Positions 32,273 through 43,540 of a stretch of DNA of 64,000 nucleotides are shown here, in pieces (the first letter of the stretch is position 1; each line of letters opens with the position of its first letter). The stretch is taken from positions 12,237 through 76,236 of the IMG/VR virus record IMGVR_UViG_3300014502_000005; one strand, given 5' to 3'. The translations under genes and the position numbers were made by a program. The stretch is from a virus. The notes beneath the pieces were generated by a model. That model searched no databases, was not told the DNA's origin, and worked only from the letters and a program-made list of their open reading frames with translations.

Positions 32273-33870
32273 TGGCAATATCAACATATACACGTGCCCC
32301 CAAAGAATATGATTATAGTGATCTTAATGTTGACAAGCAATTAGATAGATTTTCTAATACTTACCGGCAAGACCAGGAGAAGGAACGTCAAGATACTAAA
32401 CAAAGAGAAGCTACATATCTTCAACAAGCAAAGGTTGATCCTATATTTAATATGTCAAGTTATTGGCAAAAAGAACAAGGTAAAAAAATTCAAGAGTTTC
32501 AAAATTTTTTATCTCAAAAATATTATAGCTCAAAAAATAGGCTAAATTTACAAGACCAAATAGAAATACAAAATCATAAAGCAGCCTTGTATGGTTGGCA
32601 ACAAGAATTACAGGCTAATCAACAGAAGTACGCCCAAGCTGCAAAACAAATAGAAAATGATCCGTACGGTATTAAATACGATAAAGATAATTTTGAGTCT
32701 AAGGTTGATAAATGGAAAGTTGATGGCAAATTAGATGACGACATGTTGTTGCCACCAAGAATAGGAGATAGGCGTGGTTATTATGAAACTAAAAACTGGA
32801 AGGGGACAAAGCAGACCGATGTAACCGACAGGAATGGCCAAAGGCATACAGTTGAAGTTCCAATGACTGATGATGAAGCAAAAGCTCAATCTAAGTATGA
32901 TTTATTTAATCCTAAAAATGCAGGATTATATAGGACTGTTACAGAAGATTTTGCCAAATTACCAATAGAAGATAAGAAAAAATACCTTGATAAATATAAA
33001 GGAGAAGAAAATCAAATAGGAGATGCTGTTGTGGATTGGAATTGGGACACAGCAGGTAAATATGCTATTAAAAAACAAATTTCAGATAAACCTGCCCCAA
33101 AAGGAAGTAGAGGAAGTGGCTACGGTGCGGCTTATTATCCAAACGAATCTGGAGAAGCGGTAGGGAATAGAAGTATTGTTAAAAATATTCATAAGCCTGT
33201 CGTTGTTGGAGATATAACAATAAATAATGAGGATGAATATCGTAAATTAGCACTTAAAAAAGGTCAGACAAGTGAAGAAAGAAAAGCTTTATTAACATGG
33301 AGCGATCAGAAAAGAGATTCTAAAAATTTTGTTGAAAGAAAAGTTGGGGTAAAAATTGAAGATGGGGCTAAAGTCCCTAATAATATTAGCATATCTGTTC
33401 CAGCTAAAAATACAGTTGACATATCTACAGGAAAATTAAATAAAGATCAAGAGGAAGGTGTAGGACAACAGGATTATAAAAGGATGTCTATTGAATATCT
33501 GCCTTGGAATGGAGAAAGATGGGCGGAAGGAGATGAATATGGAAGCAGAGAAAATTTAAAGCCAGGATGGACTATTAAACCATTTTTAATAGGACGAGAC
33601 GATGAAGAACAAGAAGTGAATGCCAAATTATTGGATAAGCATGATCTGGAACAGATAGAATATCAATCAAAAGGTAAATGGAGCGGAGAAAGTGTTAGGA
33701 ATAATATGAGTATTGGCAAGCCAGAAAATAAAGTTAGTGAACCTTCAAAAGCTAATAAGGCTAAGTCTTACACTATAAGAGGTAAGAATTATACTCATAG
33801 TGATTTATTGAAACAAGGATTTAGTGAAGGTCAGATACAAAAAGCTATTAAAGAAGGTAAAATAAAATAA
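32272..33870 (+). CDS. putative internal virion (cargo) protein
   Basis: position; charged helical composition. Confidence 0.45.
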   Translation: MAISTYTRAPKEYDYSDLNVDKQLDRFSNTYRQDQEKERQDTKQREATYLQQAKVDPIFNMSSYWQKEQGKKIQEFQNFLSQKYYSSKNRLNLQDQIEIQNHKAALYGWQQELQANQQKYAQAAKQIENDPYGIKYDKDNFESKVDKWKVDGKLDDDMLLPPRIGDRRGYYETKNWKGTKQTDVTDRNGQRHTVEVPMTDDEAKAQSKYDLFNPKNAGLYRTVTEDFAKLPIEDKKKYLDKYKGEENQIGDAVVDWNWDTAGKYAIKKQISDKPAPKGSRGSGYGAAYYPNESGEAVGNRSIVKNIHKPVVVGDITINNEDEYRKLALKKGQTSEERKALLTWSDQKRDSKNFVERKVGVKIEDGAKVPNNISISVPAKNTVDISTGKLNKDQEEGVGQQDYKRMSIEYLPWNGERWAEGDEYGSRENLKPGWTIKPFLIGRDDEEQEVNAKLLDKHDLEQIEYQSKGKWSGESVRNNMSIGKPENKVSEPSKANKAKSYTIRGKNYTHSDLLKQGFSEGQIQKAIKEGKIK

Positions 33871-33871
33871 T

Positions 33872-36800
33872 ATGCCAGACAAGGATTTAGTAAACTTATT
33901 AGGAGAACCTGAAAATAAACCAGATACTGATTTAGTATCTGCATTAGGAGAGCCCGAATTAAAAAAAAAAGTATCTACTACAGAATCTCAACCTTATTTA
34001 GGTCAAGATTCACAATCAGAATCAGTTGGTCAGGCAAATACATCGAAATCACAAAGTTCGACTGGTAGTTTTAGAACCGTAGGCTCTCCGAAACAAAAAC
34101 CAAAATACGATACAGAAGTTTTGCCCGAGACTTTTAATGAAAAACCTATTGTCAAAGCTGAACAAAAAGAAGATAAGGTTCGTCAAAAAATATATGAAAA
34201 ACCCAGATCAGTAGATGATTTTAATAAAGAGTTTGGAATCAATCCAGAAGAGAATGATATTAAGAATCCAGAAAAAATATTAAAACCTGAAGAACAAGAA
34301 AATTTACTACAAACTATAGACTTTAAGAGATTTACCAAACAAAAAACTGATGAATATTTAACAAGACCGGAAGATAGTTATTTATGGTCATTTTCGCATG
34401 GAGCAGGAAAAGCTATTTATCATGTTTTGGACGATTTGGACGCAGCTTCCAAAATGCTACATGATATTACAGGTATAAATTATGGCGGGACATTTGGTGA
34501 TGCTGCAAAAAAAGTAAATGAAAGCAATGAAAGTGGCACGACCAAAACGCCAGATACTATATTAGGAAATGTTCTAGAAGGTTTAGGAAGCACTTCTGTG
34601 GATGTTCCATTAATGTGGCTTACTCCTGAGTTGAAATCTAAATATATAGCTGCTGCTACAGGTGGCGTAGTTAAATCTATGCCCGGTATTGTTTCATATA
34701 TGGCTGCTGATAATGCTTTATCTAAATATCAAGAATTAGATAAGCAGGATAATCCAGAGGCTAATAAATTGACTGAGACATTTAAAGCCGCAGGACTAGG
34801 TGCTTTTGAAGGCTATCTAATGCACTCTTTTGGATTTTTATCCTCTGAAGCAGGAGGATTTATAAAAGGAGTGACGAATAATAATGCTTTAGGCAAAGTA
34901 GCTTCTGTAGTTTCTAATGGCACTTTGTTCGGAGGAATGACGGCTTCGGAACAATATATGTCTGGAAAGATTAATCCTAAAGAAGTTATTAGTAGTGCTA
35001 TTTTAGGTGCTGGAATGACGGCAGTTTCTATACCTGAATCGTTAAGAAAAGAATTAGAAGCAAATCAGCAAAAAGCTAGTGATAGATTTTTTACTTCATC
35101 TTCTGAAGATATAGCCAAGATCAATGATTTACCTAAATCTGTTGATAAATTAAGGGAAGAACAGTTAAAAGTACAAGACAAAGCCGATAAAGAAACTGAC
35201 CCAAAAAAGAAAGAAGAACTACAAATAGCAGCCAAAACCATCGACGGATATATAGACGTAAAAGCTGTAACCAAACAAATATTGTCTGATTCTGATGTTG
35301 CCATTAAGGCCATACAGGAAGATCCGAAATTAACAGATGAAGAAAAGCAATATCATATTGATAAGGTGAATGAAGTTGTGGCCAAGAACGATCCAAGAAT
35401 ACAAGCGGCCAATCCTCTTATTAAAGAATCTTCTGATATTGATAAGAATATTCAAACTATTAAAGAAAACAAGTCTATACCAGAAGAAAATAAGCCAATT
35501 ATGATTGAAGGCTTAGAAGACAGAAAAAAAGAAGTTTTTAAGTCCATTAAAAAAGAGATGTCTAAACCTATGGATATTTTTGAATTAAATAAAAATGAAC
35601 AATTAAAACAAAAAGAAAATGAAAGCAAAATCAAAAAACAAAATGTTCGCTCAACAGAAGCCAAGCAAGATGTCGGGGAAAAAAGTAGCTCCTCCAAAGA
35701 AGTCCCCAAAATCGAAGAAAAAAGCAAAGGGCTGCTAGAGGATGCCACTCAAAAAGTCGGGGTCGAAAAAAGCGGTCAGCCAGAACATAAGCGAATTCCA
35801 CAAGGGGAAGACTTACGCGGCGACCAAGAGAAAGTTCGGGAAGGTAAAAGCGAACAAACAGGCAATAGCAGTAGCCCTCGAACAGAAGAGAAGGAGCAAG
35901 AAGAAATGATACCAGAATTTGTACCGGAAGGCATGGCAGAACCAGAACCTTCCAGTACAAAATCAGGGAAAGTAGATATTGGAGAAAAAAGTGAGATGTC
36001 TAAAGACATGAAAGGCATTTTAGGTATAAAAGATAATAACGTATTTACTAGAGAAATATCGAAAGAAGGAAAAGAATTTGGCGAAGTCCATGTAAAAGAA
36101 ATGCCTGAAAATTGGCAAGTTAAATATGTGAATGTAAATGATAAAGGTAAAGGATATGGCAAACAGATTTACAGAGAATTAAACAAGCAAGCCGAAACCG
36201 AAGGAAAAACAATAGTGTCTGATGAGCCTAATAAAATATCTGCTTCAGCCAAAGGCTTATGGAATTCACTAGTTAAATCTGGAGAAGCAGAAAAACTGCC
36301 AGACGAATCTTATCGAATGATTTCAACCAAAACAGAAAAACCAATATCACAAGAAAATACTAAAATTAAAGAGCCTTCTATTGGCGATAAAGTAGGATTT
36401 AAAGATATGGTAGGTACTTCCCGCAAAGGGGAATTATTATCTATAGAAGACGGTAAATATAAAATAAAGGCAGACGACGGGAGTACGCATCGTGTAAAGC
36501 CCGAAAAATTACAACCAATAGAGCAATCTGAAAAAGAGATTAAAGAAGGAGAGGCTCCCGCCAAAGAAGAAATTAAACTTAATGAGAAAATAAAATCAAC
36601 CAAAGTTACTTTGGCTAAAAATGATATTCCTATTATATCAGGGCTTGTTAAAGATATTGTAAAGCCTGTAGCTGAATCGGCTAAAGATGCTTTTATGATA
36701 GCTTATAAATTTCTGTCTCCTAAATCTTTTGCTTCATCTAAGGTTAAAGATATTTTAAATGAAACATTGATTGGAGAAAGGAACGAATCCAAGGCTAAAT

Positions 36801-39589
36801 TAGACATGGCATTACGTCCCGTAGAAAAGTTATTCGACCAAATGCCGGATGAGGATAATGTTAAGTTTATCGATAATTTAAAAACAGGAAAAGATCAAGG
36901 CTCTCCCGAGTTAAATGAAATAGCTAATTTAATCCATAAATTAGATGTTGATTTGTATAAAAAGATTACTGAATTCAATCCTAATCTTACATTTAAAGAA
37001 GACCATTATAGGGTTTTATGGAAAGTAGTTCCTCAGAGCAAAGAATTTGCCGGCATAGTTAAGGATTTTAATGAAGGTAAATCTATTGAAGATATTGCTA
37101 AAAATCATGATTTAACAAAAGAGCAAGTTGATTATACTATAAAAAGGTCAACCCAAACTGGGTTTAAGGGACTTGGGAAAAAGCCGCTTAGAGGCACAAG
37201 GGGATTTTTTAAACAATCCACTTTAGCGGATATGTCGGAGGGGATAGAACTTGGAGGTGTTCCTAAAAGTTACAATCCTATAACTATGTTTAAAATGAGT
37301 TATGCGGATGGGATGAAATATGTTACAGCTCAAAACATGTGGAAAACTTTAGGCGAAAGTAATCTTACTAAGTTTGTCAAACAAGGGGATGTTTCACCAG
37401 AAGGATTTGATAAAATAAATGACAATATAGCTAAAAAATATTTCCCTGTAAAAGAACAAGGGGAATGGTGGGTTGATGAGGGAGCGGCCAGACTTATCAA
37501 TAATCATTTAAGTAAAGATTATTTTAGGGCAAACAAGTTTGGAGAAGGATTAATGTGGCTAAAGAATAATTTCACGGCCATAGAACTTGGACTCTCTGCT
37601 TTCCATGCGACAGCTGAAACTATGGAAACTATAAGCTCATCTATTGGAGAAGGCCTACGCAAAACTATAAACTTAGGAATATTGGGAGGCGACACTAAAA
37701 AAATACTAGAAGGATTGGTCGATATCCCTAAGTCTATATCAACTCCATACACTAAAGCTAAAATAGCTGGACAAGCCATGAAGTTTATAATGAATGAGAA
37801 AGAGTATATCAATACTCCTGAAGGGAAGTCATTCATTAAAAAATTTCCTGATGCAGCCAATTTGATTCACGATTATTTTGTAGGAGGCGGAAATATAGGG
37901 ATGCATGATGACTATAAAATAAATTCCATAAAAGCATTGAGAGAATCACTGAAAGAAAAATCTGACGATCCTGCTTATAAGTATATAAAGGCCGGAGTTA
38001 TGGCACTCCCAGCTATGAACGAGAAAATAATGAGTTATTTATTTGATAAATATATTCCAAGGTTAAAATTAGGAATGTTTTTAAGAGAACATGCCATTTC
38101 ATTAGTTGAAAACCATAAACGGTTAGAAAAAGGAGTTGTTACTAGAAGTGAACTAGCTCGTAAAAACATGGCTTTTGTAGATGACAGGTTGGGAGAAATG
38201 AATTTTGATAATTTATTTTGGGATAGAACATTTAAAACTTCTATGCAATTTATGTTTCGTTCTGTTACTTGGAAACTTGGTAATTTAAGGGCAATGGGAG
38301 GTGCGCCGATAGAGCAAGCAATTGAATTTAGAAATGCTTTTAGAGAAAACAGATATCCTATATTACAACCTAAAATGGCATGGTTATTTGGGATGACTGT
38401 AATGCAAGTTGCCGCTGCTACAATACTACAAGGGATGTTTGCTAAAAAGAAATTAGAAAATTTTAAAGATGTCGTAGCGCCTCAAATAAATGAACAAGAT
38501 GAAAAGGAAAGATTGATTCTTCCCACTTATTTTAAAGACATGCTCCATTTTTATCATTCGCCGGTTAAATATGTAACAGGTTCTTTTGCTGGAGATATAG
38601 GAAGATTTTACGAATTGCAGCAGAATAAAGATTTTTTTGGATATGAGATATATGACCCCCAAGCTCCGATGAGTGAAAAAGCAAAAGAAATAGGAGAATA
38701 TTTTTTACCAAAACCCTTTTCTTTTACTAACCTTGCCCAAATGAAGGAAAAAGGTGAACCAGTAAAAAAGCAGATACTTAGTTTTTTAGGCTTCACTAAA
38801 GCCCCAAAATATATCACCAATACTCCAATAGAAAACGAAATAGGGGATTTATACAACATGAGCAATAATCTTAAAAAGCCCCATGCTGCAAAAGAAGTTT
38901 CAGATGTAAAAAAGCAGATAATTGATTTATATAAATCAGGTAAAGAAGACGACGCTTATAAACTAATGACTAAAAGCGTATCAGATGGTAAATTAAGAGC
39001 GAATCAAACTGATTGGTTGCTTAGGAATATAGATAAAAAAATAGATCCAGGACAATATATGTTCAGGATGCTCCCATACGACGACAAAAAATATTTGTAT
39101 GATAAGATGACTAAAGAAGAAAAAATTAAATACGATCCCAAAGAAAGTTTGTCAGGGCAAATAAAATCGGAAGGTAAAAAAGAAGGTATAGGCAATGACC
39201 CGGTTAGTTACAAGTATAAAGAAGCTATGGTTAAAATAAATTCTATTGAAAAAGAGATAAATGATGTTGTTAAAAAATCAGGAAGCGCAGAGGCTAAAAA
39301 GTATGCTTTAGAAAACAACATTAGTAAAGAATATGTATTTATAGAAAAAAATTCTTCTGAGATTGAAAAGTTAAGAAGAGTTATTGAATATGTTAAAAAG
39401 ATGTCGGATGAACAACAAAATAAATATCAAACTAAAATAGAATCGAATATGAATCAGTTTATTGATTCATATGAATCAAATGGTCGGGTAAAGCTAAACA
39501 GTACAGTTCTTAAATTACACAGAGAATCGCTTAAAGAAAGTAAAAAAATTAGGCGAGAGGAAAAGAAGGCGTATAGAAGTTTACGCTAA
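33872..39589 (+). CDS. large internal virion/ejection protein with a GNAT-like domain
   Basis: 1905 aa; KGKGYGKQIY acetyl-CoA-binding-like motif; hydrophobic G/A-rich helices. Confidence 0.55.
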   Translation: MPDKDLVNLLGEPENKPDTDLVSALGEPELKKKVSTTESQPYLGQDSQSESVGQANTSKSQSSTGSFRTVGSPKQKPKYDTEVLPETFNEKPIVKAEQKEDKVRQKIYEKPRSVDDFNKEFGINPEENDIKNPEKILKPEEQENLLQTIDFKRFTKQKTDEYLTRPEDSYLWSFSHGAGKAIYHVLDDLDAASKMLHDITGINYGGTFGDAAKKVNESNESGTTKTPDTILGNVLEGLGSTSVDVPLMWLTPELKSKYIAAATGGVVKSMPGIVSYMAADNALSKYQELDKQDNPEANKLTETFKAAGLGAFEGYLMHSFGFLSSEAGGFIKGVTNNNALGKVASVVSNGTLFGGMTASEQYMSGKINPKEVISSAILGAGMTAVSIPESLRKELEANQQKASDRFFTSSSEDIAKINDLPKSVDKLREEQLKVQDKADKETDPKKKEELQIAAKTIDGYIDVKAVTKQILSDSDVAIKAIQEDPKLTDEEKQYHIDKVNEVVAKNDPRIQAANPLIKESSDIDKNIQTIKENKSIPEENKPIMIEGLEDRKKEVFKSIKKEMSKPMDIFELNKNEQLKQKENESKIKKQNVRSTEAKQDVGEKSSSSKEVPKIEEKSKGLLEDATQKVGVEKSGQPEHKRIPQGEDLRGDQEKVREGKSEQTGNSSSPRTEEKEQEEMIPEFVPEGMAEPEPSSTKSGKVDIGEKSEMSKDMKGILGIKDNNVFTREISKEGKEFGEVHVKEMPENWQVKYVNVNDKGKGYGKQIYRELNKQAETEGKTIVSDEPNKISASAKGLWNSLVKSGEAEKLPDESYRMISTKTEKPISQENTKIKEPSIGDKVGFKDMVGTSRKGELLSIEDGKYKIKADDGSTHRVKPEKLQPIEQSEKEIKEGEAPAKEEIKLNEKIKSTKVTLAKNDIPIISGLVKDIVKPVAESAKDAFMIAYKFLSPKSFASSKVKDILNETLIGERNESKAKLDMALRPVEKLFDQMPDEDNVKFIDNLKTGKDQGSPELNEIANLIHKLDVDLYKKITEFNPNLTFKEDHYRVLWKVVPQSKEFAGIVKDFNEGKSIEDIAKNHDLTKEQVDYTIKRSTQTGFKGLGKKPLRGTRGFFKQSTLADMSEGIELGGVPKSYNPITMFKMSYADGMKYVTAQNMWKTLGESNLTKFVKQGDVSPEGFDKINDNIAKKYFPVKEQGEWWVDEGAARLINNHLSKDYFRANKFGEGLMWLKNNFTAIELGLSAFHATAETMETISSSIGEGLRKTINLGILGGDTKKILEGLVDIPKSISTPYTKAKIAGQAMKFIMNEKEYINTPEGKSFIKKFPDAANLIHDYFVGGGNIGMHDDYKINSIKALRESLKEKSDDPAYKYIKAGVMALPAMNEKIMSYLFDKYIPRLKLGMFLREHAISLVENHKRLEKGVVTRSELARKNMAFVDDRLGEMNFDNLFWDRTFKTSMQFMFRSVTWKLGNLRAMGGAPIEQAIEFRNAFRENRYPILQPKMAWLFGMTVMQVAAATILQGMFAKKKLENFKDVVAPQINEQDEKERLILPTYFKDMLHFYHSPVKYVTGSFAGDIGRFYELQQNKDFFGYEIYDPQAPMSEKAKEIGEYFLPKPFSFTNLAQMKEKGEPVKKQILSFLGFTKAPKYITNTPIENEIGDLYNMSNNLKKPHAAKEVSDVKKQIIDLYKSGKEDDAYKLMTKSVSDGKLRANQTDWLLRNIDKKIDPGQYMFRMLPYDDKKYLYDKMTKEEKIKYDPKESLSGQIKSEGKKEGIGNDPVSYKYKEAMVKINSIEKEINDVVKKSGSAEAKKYALENNISKEYVFIEKNSSEIEKLRRVIEYVKKMSDEQQNKYQTKIESNMNQFIDSYESNGRVKLNSTVLKLHRESLKESKKIRREEKKAYRSLR

Positions 39590-39611
39590 AAATAAGCGTC
39601 AAAAAATAAAT

Positions 39612-39619
39612 TAACTTTG
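39612..39619 (+). promoter_or_regulatory. Bacteroidota-type -7 promoter element
   Basis: TAACTTTG 14 nt before the ATG. Confidence 0.5.
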
Positions 39620-39633
39620 TAAAAATAAATAGT

Positions 39634-39951
39634 ATGACATTAAATATTATCACTAATCAAACAGCATACGTAACATTCACTGTTTATGCCCAAGATACAG
39701 GATTACTTTCCCATACATTTGATATTCCCAAAGCAAACATATCATCCATTTGTACATATCCAAATGAAAAAGTAGAAGATGCCTTGGGTATCGTAGTGGT
39801 AAATACTATTACTCAATTAGATCAATCAAATAAAGGAAATGCTTTGCTTGAACTTAGTCCTACTAAATGGGCGTTATCGACTTCTTCAACCGTTGCGATA
39901 GTTGACGCTGCAACTTTGAGGGCTACTTTATTAGGATATTTTATAGTTTAA
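39634..39951 (+). CDS. putative structural protein
   Basis: close paralog of the N-terminus of 39962-40582. Confidence 0.6.
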   Translation: MTLNIITNQTAYVTFTVYAQDTGLLSHTFDIPKANISSICTYPNEKVEDALGIVVVNTITQLDQSNKGNALLELSPTKWALSTSSTVAIVDAATLRATLLGYFIV

Positions 39952-39961
39952 ATAAATAATT

Positions 39962-40582
39962 ATGAAACTAAATATTATCACAGATCATACAGGGTACGTA
40001 ACGTTCGATGTTTATTCTCAAGACACTAGTCTTTTATCTTATACATTTGATGTTGTTAAGGCTAATGTTTCATCTATTCGTTCTTACCCTCTTACTAAAG
40101 TAGAAGATGGACTGGGGCTAGTAGTCATAGACACTATAACACAGTTAGATCAAATGAATAAGGGCAATTCTTTTATAGAACTTGTACCTTCTTTATGGGC
40201 TTTGTCAACAGCCTCAACAACTCCGATAGTAGATGCTGCAACATTGCGAACAATTCTGGTAGGGTATATGCCCACAGCTTTATCTTTTAGTATTCCTACA
40301 ACAATAGCTTATACAACTGCAATTCCTTTTACCCAAGCCTTAACTATAATAACAGGCAAAACATTAGCCTCTAACGATACGTTAACAATTGCTGCTAATC
40401 CTGTTGAAGGTTCAGGGGCGCAAACATGGTTAGACGGAAACGGGACAAACACGCCTGTATTTACTAATTTTGATTATCAAAGTGGAACATTTGATAATAC
40501 TAATGGCGTTAGAAATTTCATCACCATGGAATATATCGGAGGCAAAGCAATGATTTCCATTTTAAATATGACAGCCGTATGA
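39962..40582 (+). CDS. putative structural protein
   Basis: paralog of the preceding gene with an added C-terminal domain. Confidence 0.6.
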   Translation: MKLNIITDHTGYVTFDVYSQDTSLLSYTFDVVKANVSSIRSYPLTKVEDGLGLVVIDTITQLDQMNKGNSFIELVPSLWALSTASTTPIVDAATLRTILVGYMPTALSFSIPTTIAYTTAIPFTQALTIITGKTLASNDTLTIAANPVEGSGAQTWLDGNGTNTPVFTNFDYQSGTFDNTNGVRNFITMEYIGGKAMISILNMTAV

Positions 40583-43272
40583 TAGTTAGAAATTGGATGA
40601 TGCAAGGAGGGATTAGCAGTTTGTATTTAACAATTGATAATACAGGGAATTACTATCCATTAGTTAACGATCAGATTGAATTTACATTATTATCATCCGA
40701 AATTGATTTTACAAAAATACTGTCCGATGTATCAAATCTAATCATAATGGACGGGGCAACTGTTCTAAAGCATTATATAGATTACAATGATTATGCAAAT
40801 GGTATAATCAAAGGTTTTGTTAAATGTTCAGTAAATGCTAAAAGTTCAAAAAGTTTAACAGTTTTACTAACTGGCACATCGAATTTGTCTTCATATACAG
40901 ATACAATGATTAGGGCAACTAGTCATTGTTCTATGTTAAATTTCTATCCATTTAGTTCCGTAAATGATTCGTTAGCAATTGGGGAGGCTTTTACCTTAAA
41001 TAATGCTCAAATATCAACAATAGGAGTAGGTAGTGCATTAGATTTGAGTGGAACAACATCATACGCGATTTCAAATATTTTCAATTTAAGGCAAACCAGG
41101 GCCGTAAGTGATTATGGATTTTTAATGTTTAATTTTATATTAAAAACTACACATATTGCTGGTGGTGGTGTTAAGACTATATTTTCAAAATATTTTGATA
41201 CAAATAATTATATTTATTTTGGGTTAAATGATTCAGGACAATTTTACACTACCTTAAAAGTAGGTGGGGCAACTCAGTCATGGACATCTACAACTGTGAG
41301 ACAACTTGCAGGGGCCATTAACTCATTTGCTATAAGATATACCAACAATGCTGTTTTTATACGAGTTAACGGCGTTACTGTATTAACCTATGACCCTGTA
41401 TGGATAGTTGCAGCCGATGGGTTACCGTTAACGTTTGGCGCACAAAATAATGGTTCTTATGCAAATTATTTTGACGGATATATTTATGATTTTTCTATTC
41501 ACAATATGATTTATCCGTTTAATTATGAGATAGGCAGGACAAAAAACATGTCCTTAAATTCCAGGACACAAAAAGAAAAATGGCAATATAGAGGGCATAC
41601 TGATTTGAATGGCTGTTATGATGTGTCTGAATATACCTATATCTATGCAAATGGTGTATTATATGGATATGGCAAAGAATATACAGCTGCAACTGGTATA
41701 TCGATTGCAGTAAGAAAGACAAGTTATGATGATGGTTCTACATGGTCTGAACGTGTCGTTTTATTTGGAAATGGTGCAGGTGGCGAAAATAATCAAGTGC
41801 ATCGGGGATGTTGTTTTATAGGCAATGATGGACTTTATCATTATTGTTATAGCGCAAAAAACACATCTGTAGTCGCCATTAATAATAAATTGAGGTGTTG
41901 TGATTCAGTTGATGGTGTTACATTTACTAACTTCAGGGATATTTTAAACCCATTTACTGGAGCAACAGGAGGCATTGAAAATAGTCGTTTTATTTGGGAT
42001 GCAGCATTAAGCACATATATTGGGTTTGTTGATGTAGGCGGAGTAGCGGGAGTGGCATGGTCTGAATTTTATGTTGAAGGAGAAACATTAGATACTTTAG
42101 GGTATTACCACGAAGGAGCAGAGACATCATTACAGATTGCCGGAGGTATGTATGGAGCTTCGTGTATTAAAAAAATAGGTAACGAATATTATGTATGGGA
42201 ACATATATCTTTAGGAGCAGGAAGTATTATTCCGACACAAGCATATTGTTTTAAAAGTTCAAATCCTCGCAATAATAGTTGGCAATTGGTTGATGAAATA
42301 TTAGCATACGATGTGCCAAGATGTAGAGACCAATGGGCAGATTTATATATTTGCGAAAATACAGATAAAAATATTTCTATTTTATCTGCCGATGCATGTA
42401 AAAATTATGGGTCTCTCGAATTACAAAGTAGTATATTTACTTATAATGGATTATTAACGGATTTAGTTAAAGATACAATTTCGAGTATTAGTAAAACTAA
42501 AAATGACATTACTGTAATACCTTCAATTGCAATTGATGTTGATGCACAAGTATTTATTACAGCGGCAGGATTAACGGGCAACGATATAACATCAATAGAT
42601 TTGTTATGTAAAAGATTGAAAGAAAATAAGTTGTGGGAAAGATTTCCATATATTTGGCCATTTATAGGGGGTTCTGCTGCCACAAATAAATTTCAATTAA
42701 AACGGCCAGTTGATTCTGATGATGCGAATAGACTTACATTTTATGGTTCGTTTACTCATAATGCAAATGGATTAATACCATCAGGTGCTTCTGGGACATA
42801 TGCCGATCCTCATTTAACAGTTAAAAGTTTATATTATAATAATTATAGTTTTATATATGTAAGTCCTATAAATATTAGTACAGGTACTAATTATGGCACT
42901 GATATAGCAACGGCAGGAGGAGGTAATGTGTTTAGAACTTGTTATCAAGGGTCATATTTAACAAACATGGGTGGACAGGCTGCTAATTATGCCAGTCAGG
43001 CAACTTCAAAGGGTGTTTTTATAGCATCTGCATATGATAAGAGGTTAAATTATGCTATGCACAACAGGATTATAAGGGCATCTAATACAACATTTGCAGA
43101 TCGAGTATTTGGCGGTGCTGCTTTAAATTTGTTTTGTTATACGGCAACCCAGCAAAATGCAATCAATCCATGCAGTTTGATTATTATAGGATTAGGATTA
43201 GATATTCAACAAGCAATAAAAAGTACAGATATATTTGAAGAGTATATGATTTCACGAGGATTAACAATTTAA
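40579..43272 (+). CDS. putative tail spike/receptor-binding protein (LamG-like plus glycosidase-like propeller)
   Basis: LTFGAQNNGSYANYFDGYIYDF LamG-like end motif; Asp-box-like SYDDGSTW and SVDGVTF. Confidence 0.55.
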   Translation: MIVRNWMMQGGISSLYLTIDNTGNYYPLVNDQIEFTLLSSEIDFTKILSDVSNLIIMDGATVLKHYIDYNDYANGIIKGFVKCSVNAKSSKSLTVLLTGTSNLSSYTDTMIRATSHCSMLNFYPFSSVNDSLAIGEAFTLNNAQISTIGVGSALDLSGTTSYAISNIFNLRQTRAVSDYGFLMFNFILKTTHIAGGGVKTIFSKYFDTNNYIYFGLNDSGQFYTTLKVGGATQSWTSTTVRQLAGAINSFAIRYTNNAVFIRVNGVTVLTYDPVWIVAADGLPLTFGAQNNGSYANYFDGYIYDFSIHNMIYPFNYEIGRTKNMSLNSRTQKEKWQYRGHTDLNGCYDVSEYTYIYANGVLYGYGKEYTAATGISIAVRKTSYDDGSTWSERVVLFGNGAGGENNQVHRGCCFIGNDGLYHYCYSAKNTSVVAINNKLRCCDSVDGVTFTNFRDILNPFTGATGGIENSRFIWDAALSTYIGFVDVGGVAGVAWSEFYVEGETLDTLGYYHEGAETSLQIAGGMYGASCIKKIGNEYYVWEHISLGAGSIIPTQAYCFKSSNPRNNSWQLVDEILAYDVPRCRDQWADLYICENTDKNISILSADACKNYGSLELQSSIFTYNGLLTDLVKDTISSISKTKNDITVIPSIAIDVDAQVFITAAGLTGNDITSIDLLCKRLKENKLWERFPYIWPFIGGSAATNKFQLKRPVDSDDANRLTFYGSFTHNANGLIPSGASGTYADPHLTVKSLYYNNYSFIYVSPINISTGTNYGTDIATAGGGNVFRTCYQGSYLTNMGGQAANYASQATSKGVFIASAYDKRLNYAMHNRIIRASNTTFADRVFGGAALNLFCYTATQQNAINPCSLIIIGLGLDIQQAIKSTDIFEEYMISRGLTI

Positions 43273-43292
43273 AATAAAACATTAAATATATA

Positions 43293-43517
43293 ATGAAAAT
43301 TAAAGATTTGCCCTTATATATTATTTCTGGGATAGTAGTATTAGGATATTTATTTTTCCTTTTTATGCTTTTGTACCATCCTATTCCAGAAGTCAACAGA
43401 GATATACTTAATCAAGCTGCCGGAGCTTTATTAGGAGCATTTATTACTGTAGTATCTTTTTGGATAGGCAGTTCGGCTGGCAGTAAAAATAAAACAGACT
43501 TATTAAATAATAAATAG
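43293..43517 (+). CDS. putative holin
   Basis: 74 aa, two hydrophobic segments, FWIGSSAGSK; upstream of the predicted endolysin. Confidence 0.5.
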   Translation: MKIKDLPLYIISGIVVLGYLFFLFMLLYHPIPEVNRDILNQAAGALLGAFITVVSFWIGSSAGSKNKTDLLNNK

Positions 43518-43540
43518 TATTAATTTAAAAATTATAAATT

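Noticed and set aside
35065-39195. Antisense and nested ORFs in the track (also at 8915, 9488, 16108, 53402, 60773, 61645 and others)
   Set aside because: They lie opposite or inside long, motif-bearing genes and are best read as shadow ORFs.
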